This document shows positions 49,371 through 58,250 of a stretch of DNA of 64,000 bases, piece by piece. Both the position numbers and the translations under genes were made by a program. Position 1 is the first letter of the stretch, and each line of letters begins with the position of its first letter. The DNA is from a virus. Its lineage: Duplodnaviria; Caudoviricetes. The notes below the pieces were generated by a model that saw only the letters and a program-made list of their open reading frames with translations, was not told the DNA's origin and made no database searches. Location of the stretch: positions 32,001 through 96,000 of the IMG/VR virus record IMGVR_UViG_3300033463_000045. One strand, 5' to 3'.

Positions 49371-49709
49371 ATGAATTTATATGAAAGTATAAAGAATAAT
49401 CAAAAATTTAATGAGGCAGAAGAAAAAACTTTAGTAACAATATATCAAGTTCCAACAGGAAAAGATTATGCTTTTATGGATTATGATTTTGCTAAAGAAC
49501 ATGGATTTAATTTTAATGACTATGAAAAAGTTGCTGATATTGAAGTGCCAATAAGTACTGACTTAGAAGAAATCTTTACATTAGGTAATATACATAAAGA
49601 TATGTTCAATGCCTCTAGAGATAAATTTAGAAGTATTTCTGTTTCAGATATAATTGAAAAAGATGGTAAAAAATATTACGTAGATTCATTCGGATTTAAG
49701 GAGGTATAA
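49371..49709 (+). CDS. MNLY-leader protein carrying a YodL-like domain
   Basis: IYQ...YAFM...DYEKV...LEEIF...RSISVSDII...YYVDSFGFKEV. Confidence 0.78.
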   Translation: MNLYESIKNNQKFNEAEEKTLVTIYQVPTGKDYAFMDYDFAKEHGFNFNDYEKVADIEVPISTDLEEIFTLGNIHKDMFNASRDKFRSISVSDIIEKDGKKYYVDSFGFKEV

Positions 49710-49711
49710 AT

Positions 49712-50347
49712 ATGGCATTAGTTGAAATAGGAATTACTGGTAATGCAGGATATAGCACAAATCAAGTAAGAAAAATGTCTGTTAGCGAATTAATATCAGA
49801 ATTAGAAAATTTTGATTCTGAAGATGAAGTATATTTAAAAGATGCTGGAAATAGATATGGCGCAGCTTATGGACAAATTAATTATATAGAACAAGGTTTA
49901 TCAGAAGATTATGAAGATGATGACGAAGATGAATATTATGAATCAAATCTTTATTCAATGATTAAGAGCAATCAAAAATTAAATGAAAGTGTAGATGATA
50001 CTAAAACAGATGAAATTTTTAATTTATTTGTTGAGTTAGCTAATGAAATAGAAAATAAATATAATGTTAGTGATATTACTTCTAAATTAAATAAATCTGA
50101 TATGAAAGTAAGTGAAAAATGGGGTTCTTATAATTTGTATGTTAAGAATTATATGACAATACCATTTCTTAATTGTCCTTTAAATATAGATTTTGAATTT
50201 CATTCAGATGATAATAAATTTAAAGTTAGAGCATTATTATCAAATCCAGATTCAACAGGTTTTTGGTCAGATGTAATGAAGGGAAAAACTCTTGCATCTG
50301 GTAAATATGAAAATAATAATATTAGATTTTATAAAGATAAACAATAA
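49712..50347 (+). CDS. Two-module protein with an internal MNLY-type motif
   Basis: ...YESNLYSMIKSNQKLNE|SV... Confidence 0.7.
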   Translation: MALVEIGITGNAGYSTNQVRKMSVSELISELENFDSEDEVYLKDAGNRYGAAYGQINYIEQGLSEDYEDDDEDEYYESNLYSMIKSNQKLNESVDDTKTDEIFNLFVELANEIENKYNVSDITSKLNKSDMKVSEKWGSYNLYVKNYMTIPFLNCPLNIDFEFHSDDNKFKVRALLSNPDSTGFWSDVMKGKTLASGKYENNNIRFYKDKQ

Positions 50348-50359
50348 GGAGGAATAAAT

Positions 50360-51178
50360 ATGGGAGTATTAAAAGTATTAAAAGGTACATTATCTACATT
50401 AGGTAAAAAGAATCGTAATGGTCGTATTTATTCTAAAGAGTTATGGGAAAATGTTCTTAATTCTGAATATTGGAATGATATGATGAGTAATAATTCATTA
50501 TTTGGAGAATGTGTTCATCCTGCAGATAATAGAAGTACATCAGATTCATTTGAAATAGATGCTAATAATGTATCTCATAGAATTAAAGAAGCTCATATTG
50601 AAGGAGATAAATTAATAGGTACTGTTGAAATATTAGATACTCAAGCAGGAAAAAATATTGCAGCATTAATTGATAGTGGTTGTAATATAGGAATATCTGC
50701 AAGAGGTGCAGGAGACCTTAATGGTGATACTGTAGACCCAGATACTTATCAATTTAAAACTTTTGATTTAACATTTAGACCTTCTGATTATAATGCTAGA
50801 CTAGTTCCTTTAACTGAATCAGAAAAGAAAAACTTTAAACCTATTAAAGAATCTGAAGAATCAGATACATTAATTAAAGGTGCAGAAGAAATAAATTCTA
50901 CTAAAGTAGATAAAGATATTAAAAAAGGTTTAAAAGATAGAGTAGTTAAGAAATATATTGATGGTTATACAGATAAACCAATTCAATTTAGTAAATTTAC
51001 AATAGAAATATTACCCACTACTTCTGATACTGATAAATTAAGAGTTGCTGTATATGATAAAGAGCATGACGCAAGAGAGATTGTTGGTTATTTTAATAAA
51101 GATGACATACATACAGATGATTCGTTAGTTGAAAAAATATTAGATATAATGAGTTATTCATACGAATATGATTTATAA
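50360..51178 (+). CDS. Prohead core protease (T4 gp21-like)
   Basis: KNRNGRIYS, LFGECVHP, VSHRI, ILDTQAGK, GISARGAG, FDLTFRPS. Confidence 0.9.
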   Translation: MGVLKVLKGTLSTLGKKNRNGRIYSKELWENVLNSEYWNDMMSNNSLFGECVHPADNRSTSDSFEIDANNVSHRIKEAHIEGDKLIGTVEILDTQAGKNIAALIDSGCNIGISARGAGDLNGDTVDPDTYQFKTFDLTFRPSDYNARLVPLTESEKKNFKPIKESEESDTLIKGAEEINSTKVDKDIKKGLKDRVVKKYIDGYTDKPIQFSKFTIEILPTTSDTDKLRVAVYDKEHDAREIVGYFNKDDIHTDDSLVEKILDIMSYSYEYDL

Positions 51179-51206
51179 AAGTAAACTTAGTGTTTACTTT
51201 TTATTT
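51177..51206 (+). terminator. Intrinsic terminator
   Basis: AAAAGTAAAC-ttagt-GTTTACTTTTT. Confidence 0.75.
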
Positions 51207-51221
51207 TGCATATTATATAAT
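51207..51221 (+). promoter_or_regulatory. Class-1 motif variant
   Basis: TGCATATTATATAAT. Confidence 0.6.
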
Positions 51222-51255
51222 ATAAAACATAAAATTTATTTTGGAGGAGACATAT

Positions 51256-52197
51256 ATGGAAAATATTCAGAAAACAAGAGAAAAGAAGTCATTTTGGGGT
51301 AAGCTAATGAAAAAGAATAAAGTAAATTCTTATGATATAGCAGAAAAAACAAATATACCTGAAGAAAAGGTAAAAGAAATAATTAATGGAGAAAGAACTT
51401 TACCTAAAAATAAAGTTAATGATTTTGTTAAAGCAATTCATGAAACTAAAAAAGAAAGTAAAAACGGATTAAGAAATGAAGCATTATTATTTTTTACAGG
51501 AAAAGATATTAGAACATTAAGATTAAAATTTAATTATGAAACACAAAGAGATTTAGCAGAAGTATTGAAAGTAAGTCAATATACTGTATCTAGAGCAGAA
51601 AGAAATGGAGCAAATTCATTAAATACAACAACATTATTAAAATTTTATAATTTCTTTAAAGATGAATTAAATATTAAAGTAAATAAAAAGAAAGAAAAAG
51701 TAATAAAAGAAAAAGATAGCAATGGAAATTATACTATTGAATATTATAGAAATTATTTTAAAGGTATAGATTTAAAACAAGAAATTGCAAATACAGGAAA
51801 AAGTATTCCACAATTTGCTAAATCTATTGGTCTTAATCCTTCTACTATTTATAAATATGCATTAGGAACTATTGAATGGTCAATTAATATTTATAGAAAA
51901 GTATTTAATGCACTTAATAATATTGAAGAAGATAATAAAACATTAATAGTAAAAATAGATAATGATAATAATTATAAAAGAGTAAGTGAAGAATTAGGAG
52001 TAATGAGCAGAGAAGTTAAAAATTCAGACTTATATAAATCAGAAATTCCTAATTATACTCAATTAGAAGAAAAAACAATGACTGTTATTCCAGATTTTGA
52101 TGCAAATATCTTATTTGAATATTTAATTAATAATTGTATTACAAAAGATGTTGTAGAATTACATAAATTATTAAATGAATATTTTAAAAGTGAATAG
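51256..52197 (+). CDS. Triple XRE-HTH protein
   Basis: Three HTH units (DIAEKTNIP; TQRDLAEVLKVSQYTVSRAE; FAKSIGLNPSTIY); ATG 51256 follows SD GGAGG. Confidence 0.75.
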   Translation: MENIQKTREKKSFWGKLMKKNKVNSYDIAEKTNIPEEKVKEIINGERTLPKNKVNDFVKAIHETKKESKNGLRNEALLFFTGKDIRTLRLKFNYETQRDLAEVLKVSQYTVSRAERNGANSLNTTTLLKFYNFFKDELNIKVNKKKEKVIKEKDSNGNYTIEYYRNYFKGIDLKQEIANTGKSIPQFAKSIGLNPSTIYKYALGTIEWSINIYRKVFNALNNIEEDNKTLIVKIDNDNNYKRVSEELGVMSREVKNSDLYKSEIPNYTQLEEKTMTVIPDFDANILFEYLINNCITKDVVELHKLLNEYFKSE

Positions 52198-52337
52198 CAA
52201 TAATTTTGTTATATTCTAGATGAATTTTCTTATAAAAGTAATATAAATATATTAAAATATTAAAACATTCATCTGGGTGTCACTAAATAACTAATAAATT
52301 AATATTAGTTATTTTTATTTTGCATTAAATAATTATT

Positions 52338-52352
52338 TTCATAATATATAAT
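52338..52352 (+). promoter_or_regulatory. Class-1 motif
   Basis: TTCATAATATATAAT after a terminator at about 52284-52320. Confidence 0.8.
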
Positions 52353-52365
52353 AAGAGGTGATAAA

Positions 52366-52716
52366 ATGATAAGCTTAGTTAAATATTTTAGTAATTTAAG
52401 ACTAAAAAGATTTGAAAAGCGAATGAAAAAATTAAAACCTGATTTATTATTATCTTGGTATGATACACAAGAGGAAAGTATCAGAAAAGAATATGATGAT
52501 GAGATGGAAAGATTACATGATGAGATACAAAATTTAAAGGAAGAATTAAAAGAAAGCAGAAAGAAATCAGATTTTTGGAAAGGTAAATATGAAGGAGTCT
52601 CCGAAACGCAAGATAAGATTAATGAACAATTAATAACAAAAATAGAAACAAGCTCGGTAGATAAAGGTAAATTAAAAGAGCAAGTAAAACAATTAAAAGA
52701 TGAGATACAAGAATAG
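52366..52716 (+). CDS. Coiled-coil hypothetical protein
   Basis: SD plus motif. Confidence 0.65.
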   Translation: MISLVKYFSNLRLKRFEKRMKKLKPDLLLSWYDTQEESIRKEYDDEMERLHDEIQNLKEELKESRKKSDFWKGKYEGVSETQDKINEQLITKIETSSVDKGKLKEQVKQLKDEIQE

Positions 52717-52755
52717 CTAATTAATATTAGCTATTTTTATTTTATTTATTAAAAA

Positions 52756-52770
52756 TTTTCATTAATATAG
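52756..52770 (+). promoter_or_regulatory. Class-2 motif variant upstream of lysis genes
   Basis: TTTTCATTAATATAG. Confidence 0.55.
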
Positions 52771-52785
52771 AAAGGAGAATATCTT

Positions 52786-53058
52786 ATGACTTTAGAAATT
52801 ATTTTTGCTATTGTTCAAGTTGTAGTAACTGAGATAGTAGCAGTATTTTTTAAAGACAATATAATTCCTAAAAAAGCAATTCCATTAGTTAATTTAGGAA
52901 TAGGTATTGTAGTTGCTATTTTTGCTATTTGTTTTGGACTATTTGACAATCCTTTAACTGCAATTCTTGCATCATTAGGATTAGCATTCGCTGTAGGTGG
53001 AATATATGATACAGCAAAATCAGTTAATAAAACATTTATAAGTAAAGAAGAAAAATAA
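52786..53058 (+). CDS. Holin
   Basis: Three TM segments, KKAIPLVNLGIG...GGIYD; upstream of endolysin. Confidence 0.75.
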   Translation: MTLEIIFAIVQVVVTEIVAVFFKDNIIPKKAIPLVNLGIGIVVAIFAICFGLFDNPLTAILASLGLAFAVGGIYDTAKSVNKTFISKEEK

Positions 53059-53077
53059 TTTAGAAGGAGAAATAATT

Positions 53078-53284
53078 ATGGCACTATTAAAGAAGAAAAA
53101 GAAAAGTAAGGTTGCTGCTGAACCTATTGAAGAAGCAGTTGTTACAAATTTAAATGTAGAAGAAGTAGATGAAGAAATTCAAACTACATTTAATGAAGAC
53201 CCAGAAGGTGTTTTTGAAGATGTAATATTTATTGACGAAGAAACTGCTTTAGAAGCAGAAGAAATAGAAAAGGAGGATAACTAA
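53078..53284 (+). CDS. Small protein, basic N-terminus and acidic body
   Basis: Coupled to endolysin (TAATG). Confidence 0.6.
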   Translation: MALLKKKKKSKVAAEPIEEAVVTNLNVEEVDEEIQTTFNEDPEGVFEDVIFIDEETALEAEEIEKEDN

Positions 53285-54276
53285 TGCCTAACTTTACTAA
53301 AAGAACTAGTAAACCTGCTAATGATAATAAGAATTATATTTGTAAAAGCGATGGTGGTTGGAATACTTGTATACATGGAAATCCAATGGATAAATATTTA
53401 ACTGCTTTGGCCAATTGCGTAGGTGGAGCTAGTGGTCGTCTTAATGAAATTGTAAATGAAATTAATGGAACTACTGGTTGTAAATATACAAGATTTAATT
53501 GTAATGCTGAAGGTTTCTTAAAGAGAGCACAAGAATATGGTTGGGAAGTTAGTATGACTCCTAGAGCAGGTTCTATTATGTGCTGGGAAGGTAAAGGTTC
53601 TCTTGCTGGACATGTAGCATCTTGTGAATCAGTATTAGATGCAACTAATAGAGTTTATACTTTTGAATCTCAATGGGGTGGAAAAGCATCTCTTAATACA
53701 GTTAGAACAAATGATAATGGTCGTTGGGGTATGAGTAGTAATTATAAATTCTCTGGTTTCTTATATATTCCAGAAGTAGTAGTTGAACAAATTACACCAA
53801 CAGTAGAAAGAGATATTTATACAAATCAATTAAAATTAAATAAAGATATGAACGTAAGACTAGGAATTGAAACTACATCAGAATCAATTGGTTTAGCACA
53901 TAGTGGAGACGTATTTAATTATTATGAAGAAAGACAAGGTAATTCATCTAAATGGTATGCAATTACTCCAGATAAATCTCAATGGGTTGCTGGTGTAAAT
54001 AATGATGGTACTAAATATTGTGATATATATCCAGCACAACCAATACCACCAGAACCAACACCTACACCAACTCCAGAACCTCCTGAACCAGAAACATTTA
54101 AAGTAGGAGACATTGTAGTTCCAACTAGATTAGTTAATTATAGAGGAACTCCGGTTATTCAATATGACCCTTGGTATAAGATTACTGAATTACATGGTGA
54201 TAGAGCAGTATTAAGTGCAAGAGGTCAAATATGGGCAGCAATGAATACTAAAGATATTACTCATTATAAAGGTTAA
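53284..54276 (+). CDS. Endolysin: CHAP domain plus SH3b-like cell-wall-binding domains
   Basis: ANCVG...GHVA...ESQWGG; Pro/Thr linker. Confidence 0.85.
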   Translation: MPNFTKRTSKPANDNKNYICKSDGGWNTCIHGNPMDKYLTALANCVGGASGRLNEIVNEINGTTGCKYTRFNCNAEGFLKRAQEYGWEVSMTPRAGSIMCWEGKGSLAGHVASCESVLDATNRVYTFESQWGGKASLNTVRTNDNGRWGMSSNYKFSGFLYIPEVVVEQITPTVERDIYTNQLKLNKDMNVRLGIETTSESIGLAHSGDVFNYYEERQGNSSKWYAITPDKSQWVAGVNNDGTKYCDIYPAQPIPPEPTPTPTPEPPEPETFKVGDIVVPTRLVNYRGTPVIQYDPWYKITELHGDRAVLSARGQIWAAMNTKDITHYKG

Positions 54277-54332
54277 TAAATTTCATAATGTACAAAAAGA
54301 TTACTACTAAGTAGTCTTTTATTTTGCTTTAA

Positions 54333-54355
54333 TTTTCATTAAATATAGATAAAGA
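54333..54355 (+). promoter_or_regulatory. Class-2 (putative late) motif
   Basis: Identical 23-mer to 42101-42123, after a terminator at about 54294-54325. Confidence 0.65.
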
Positions 54356-54394
54356 ATTTTCATTTTTTATTGTAATAAAAGGAGGAAATGAAAT

Positions 54395-55840
54395 ATGGCA
54401 ACTCAAATTCCAGTATATGACTCACATTTTAATCAACCTGATGATGTATATTCAAGAGACTTTTATACTATAGATGTATCAAACACTATAGGTGATTGGG
54501 TTGATGCCTTTAATAAGAATGCTTTGGGTTCAACTGACCACAAATGGTATTTAAATGAGATGCTATTTAATGGTATATTATATACAGGACTTGAAACAAT
54601 AGGAGGAGTAGCAATTCATTCATTAACTAATTTAAGTATTGCTTCATCTTCTATACAAAATTTAGAATTAGATAATTTTTATCTATATTTTAGGTCTTTA
54701 GGACAAATTAAATTATTAGACCAGGTTACTTTTGATTTAACAGATTATGATGATGGTGAACCTCATTTATTCTATATTAATTCAGAATTAGGTTATAGAG
54801 TATCACAACAATTAGACCAACAAGCAGATGAAATAATGTTATTTAGATTTATTATAAAAAATGGAATATTTACACAATGTTATGTTACAGCACAAAGATT
54901 TGGAAGTAATGTTTATGATTCTGGAGATGAATATTATTTAGTTCAAGGTTGCATGCCTTTAGCTAATTCAGCATTAACATTAAAATTAAGTGATGGAACA
55001 ATTAAAAGGTCTGGTATTAAATTTGATTATCATCAATTACCAGATGTAGTTCATATAATTGATGAAAGTATTCCAGTACCATTAAGATATATTACAGTTT
55101 CTAATACTGTAGATTTTAGTGTATCAACAGTTAATAATATAGACCCAGACCATTATTTAAATTATTCATCTGAAACATTACAAAATGTTCCAGCTAATAA
55201 ATTTACAGTTCAAAGAATATTATTTGATGTATATTCTAATTGCTTAATAATGCAATATGGTAATAATGTTTATGATACAATGCAAGATGCATTAACTTCA
55301 TTAAATAATGTAAATTATCCATTCCCTTATGAATCATTAATGTTTATTCCATTAGGATTAATGTTTATTAAGCAAGGAGCAACAGATTTAACAGACCCTA
55401 ATCAATGTATTTTAGTTCAACATTTAAATACTACAATTAATCCTGCAGACTCAGCTTTCTTTGCTGAAGATAGTTATGCTCGAGGACAATTAGATGCAAT
55501 TAATAATGCTATTGATATATTACAACAAGCAGTTGCTCAATTACAATCAGATTTAAGTTCTCATACAACAAATTATAATAATCCTCATCAAGTTACTAAA
55601 GCACAAGTTGGTTTAGGTAATGTAGATAATTATAGTTATGATACAATTAAAACTAAAATATCAAATGACTTATCTAGTAAGTGGATTAGAAAAGATGCTG
55701 ATGATGGAACTACTTATACATTAACAATGCAAGACGGTGTAGTTAATGCTCAATATATAACTATTAATGGACAAAGACTTTATATAGGAGTCTTACCAAA
55801 TGATGCCCCTAATGGTAGCTGGGGAATTTATACAAGTTAA
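54395..55840 (+). CDS. Tail/baseplate or fibre protein
   Basis: Fibre motif HTTNYNNPHQVTKAQVGLGNVDN. Confidence 0.7.
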   Translation: MATQIPVYDSHFNQPDDVYSRDFYTIDVSNTIGDWVDAFNKNALGSTDHKWYLNEMLFNGILYTGLETIGGVAIHSLTNLSIASSSIQNLELDNFYLYFRSLGQIKLLDQVTFDLTDYDDGEPHLFYINSELGYRVSQQLDQQADEIMLFRFIIKNGIFTQCYVTAQRFGSNVYDSGDEYYLVQGCMPLANSALTLKLSDGTIKRSGIKFDYHQLPDVVHIIDESIPVPLRYITVSNTVDFSVSTVNNIDPDHYLNYSSETLQNVPANKFTVQRILFDVYSNCLIMQYGNNVYDTMQDALTSLNNVNYPFPYESLMFIPLGLMFIKQGATDLTDPNQCILVQHLNTTINPADSAFFAEDSYARGQLDAINNAIDILQQAVAQLQSDLSSHTTNYNNPHQVTKAQVGLGNVDNYSYDTIKTKISNDLSSKWIRKDADDGTTYTLTMQDGVVNAQYITINGQRLYIGVLPNDAPNGSWGIYTS

Positions 55841-55854
55841 GGAGGAAGATATAA

Positions 55855-56793
55855 ATGGCAGATATAGTATTTCAAAGAATTACATCTACTAGAACAGGAC
55901 AAGGTGCTTCAACAGGTAAAGAAACAGAAACAGCATTTAACGATAACTTTGCTTTAGTTAAAACATGTTTAGACCAATTATTTAATATTGCTTCTAGTGT
56001 AATTCTTTCTGATAATATTACTCAAATAAAAGCAGATACTTCAACAAATCCATATACTTTATATTATACAATAGACCCTTTAGATACTGAACCAAGTCAA
56101 ATAAATTGGGAATTAATAACTAATGTATCTTTTGCTGATATTCAAGGTTTACCTTCTGATAATATTGCATTAGGTACTGCATTAGATTCTAAAGGTTCTG
56201 CAACAGATGTTGCTACATTACAAAATCAAATGTCTGGTGCTTTAGATACAATAAGTACTCATACAAATCAAATAGCAACTAATACTCAAAATATAGGAAC
56301 AAATACATCATCTATTACTTCAATAAGAACAGAATTAGAAAGTGTAGTTCATAATCCAGTAGGTACAACATTATTTTTAAGATATAATTCTGGTGCTATT
56401 GAATATTCAACAGATGGAACTACGTGGACTAGTATTTTAGCAAGTGGAGTTGCTTATTCTCAATTAACAGGAGATGCTTCAGATAGTTCTTCATTAGTTA
56501 ATTATGTAGCAGGAGAAATTACAACTGCTACTAGTTCATTAGTAACTAATACAGCATTTCAGGCACATACGTCTAATAGAAATAATCCACATGATGTTAC
56601 TAAAGACCAAATAGGTTTAGGAAATGTTGCTAATTTAGCTCCCGCTGATTTACCTATTTCAAATGCGGTTCAACAAGCATTAAATGAAATTACAGCAGGA
56701 ACAGTTCCATTAGTAGCATTATCACCAACAGCATATAGAGCATTACCATCACCAAGTTCAGATTCATTATATTTAACAAGCACTATGTACTAA
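55855..56793 (+). CDS. Tail fibre protein
   Basis: Coiled coil; YSTDGTTW; HTSNRNNPHDVTKDQIGLGNV. Confidence 0.7.
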   Translation: MADIVFQRITSTRTGQGASTGKETETAFNDNFALVKTCLDQLFNIASSVILSDNITQIKADTSTNPYTLYYTIDPLDTEPSQINWELITNVSFADIQGLPSDNIALGTALDSKGSATDVATLQNQMSGALDTISTHTNQIATNTQNIGTNTSSITSIRTELESVVHNPVGTTLFLRYNSGAIEYSTDGTTWTSILASGVAYSQLTGDASDSSSLVNYVAGEITTATSSLVTNTAFQAHTSNRNNPHDVTKDQIGLGNVANLAPADLPISNAVQQALNEITAGTVPLVALSPTAYRALPSPSSDSLYLTSTMY

Positions 56794-56813
56794 TATTATA
56801 AGGAGGTATTTAA

Positions 56814-57587
56814 ATGGCAAAAACATTTACTCAAACATTTAGAAATGTCTCTGCAGTTAATGTTGTATTACCAGCAAACTATGTAGAACTTGAATCTACA
56901 ATAGATACTTCTGGTAATAATATGACAGGTTCTTATTGGTTTCATTGGCATGAACCAGAAGGATTTAACTGTTATGGTGTTTCTTATTTATGGTATATAA
57001 GACTTCTTGATGACCATGGTAATACTATAAAAGATATAAATGTTACTACAACTAATGTAAATAATAAAGGTGAGAGAGTATTTTATTATCCAGCAAGTAC
57101 AAGTCAATCTTTCCCAGTTAATGCATCTAATATTAGAACAGAAGCTATTTTAGATAGATATGCAAATGATAATGGTATTCCAAGACATGATGTTGTAGGA
57201 ACTCCTTATTGGAGTAAAGTACAAGCATGTAAAAGAGGAGAACAAGTAAGAGTTCCCGATAATACAAGAATGACTTTTTCTATTCCAATGTCTGAAATAC
57301 CAAATAACGCCAAAGCTTATTGTAATCATGTTATATTTGCTCAATATACATGGAATGGTCATCAACAAGACCCTACAGACCCAGTAAATCAATTTGGAGT
57401 ATATGATTTTCCAAGTGCAGGTCAAGCAATAAGTGATGATAGTACAATAATAGATTTTGCATCTAAGTTATATCTTAGAAATGGTAATTGGCAAGATACA
57501 GCAAGAATATGGCATAAAGAAAATGGAATATGGATTAAAAGATATTTATATAAAAAGATTAATGGTACTTGGACAAAGTTACCATAA
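56814..57587 (+). CDS. Tail-associated or receptor-binding protein
   Basis: Beta-rich; C-terminal NGxW repeats. Confidence 0.55.
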   Translation: MAKTFTQTFRNVSAVNVVLPANYVELESTIDTSGNNMTGSYWFHWHEPEGFNCYGVSYLWYIRLLDDHGNTIKDINVTTTNVNNKGERVFYYPASTSQSFPVNASNIRTEAILDRYANDNGIPRHDVVGTPYWSKVQACKRGEQVRVPDNTRMTFSIPMSEIPNNAKAYCNHVIFAQYTWNGHQQDPTDPVNQFGVYDFPSAGQAISDDSTIIDFASKLYLRNGNWQDTARIWHKENGIWIKRYLYKKINGTWTKLP

Positions 57588-57606
57588 TATGAAAGGAATG
57601 ATTTAA

Positions 57607-58074
57607 ATGTCATTAATTAATTCAGGTGTAATAGCGTCACCTGCTATAGAATTTGGAGACCCTAATGACCCTAATTTTAGTGGTACTTTAACTTTAAGTA
57701 CTATGGAATCAGTTACATTAGAACCTGGATTCTATATAATAAAAGATTCTAAAACTATAGATGGTCAGACAGCAGATATTTGGAACGTTACATGTTTAGG
57801 AAATAATGATGCAAGTAATCCAGTATGTTATATGCAAGTATGGATTCCAGCTTCAAGTACAGGTTTAACTGTAGCAAACCAAAATATTTATGTAAGAACA
57901 ATAAATTCTGCAGGAACTGGTTATGGAAATTTTACTACATTTGTAAATAAAGATTTTTTAACTGATAATGCAGCAATGAATAAAACAGGAAATCCTTTAG
58001 AAATATATGCTCAAAATTCTTCTCCTACACCAGTAGTAGGAAAGAATATAATTTGGATAGATACATCAAGTTAG
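57607..58074 (+). CDS. Tail fibre-associated protein
   Basis: PGFY...IYVRT knob-like region; SSPT...IWIDTS. Confidence 0.55.
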   Translation: MSLINSGVIASPAIEFGDPNDPNFSGTLTLSTMESVTLEPGFYIIKDSKTIDGQTADIWNVTCLGNNDASNPVCYMQVWIPASSTGLTVANQNIYVRTINSAGTGYGNFTTFVNKDFLTDNAAMNKTGNPLEIYAQNSSPTPVVGKNIIWIDTSS

Positions 58075-58096
58075 TTTATTAATGGAGGAATAATTT

Positions 58097-58246
58097 ATGG
58101 GTTATATATTATTATTCTTTGGAGGTTGTTTACTGGGCATGACTATCATGACAGTGATTCTTTCAGCGAAATCAATATACTTACAAAGTAAAGTAGATAA
58201 TCTAGAAAATAAACTAAGAAAAATACAAAAATTAAAAAGGAAGTGA
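58097..58246 (+). CDS. Small membrane protein, 49 aa (not in ORF track)
   Basis: SD GGAGG; MGYILLFFGGCLLGMTIMTVILSAK...KLKRK*. Confidence 0.6.
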   Translation: MGYILLFFGGCLLGMTIMTVILSAKSIYLQSKVDNLENKLRKIQKLKRK

Positions 58247-58250
58247 TTAG

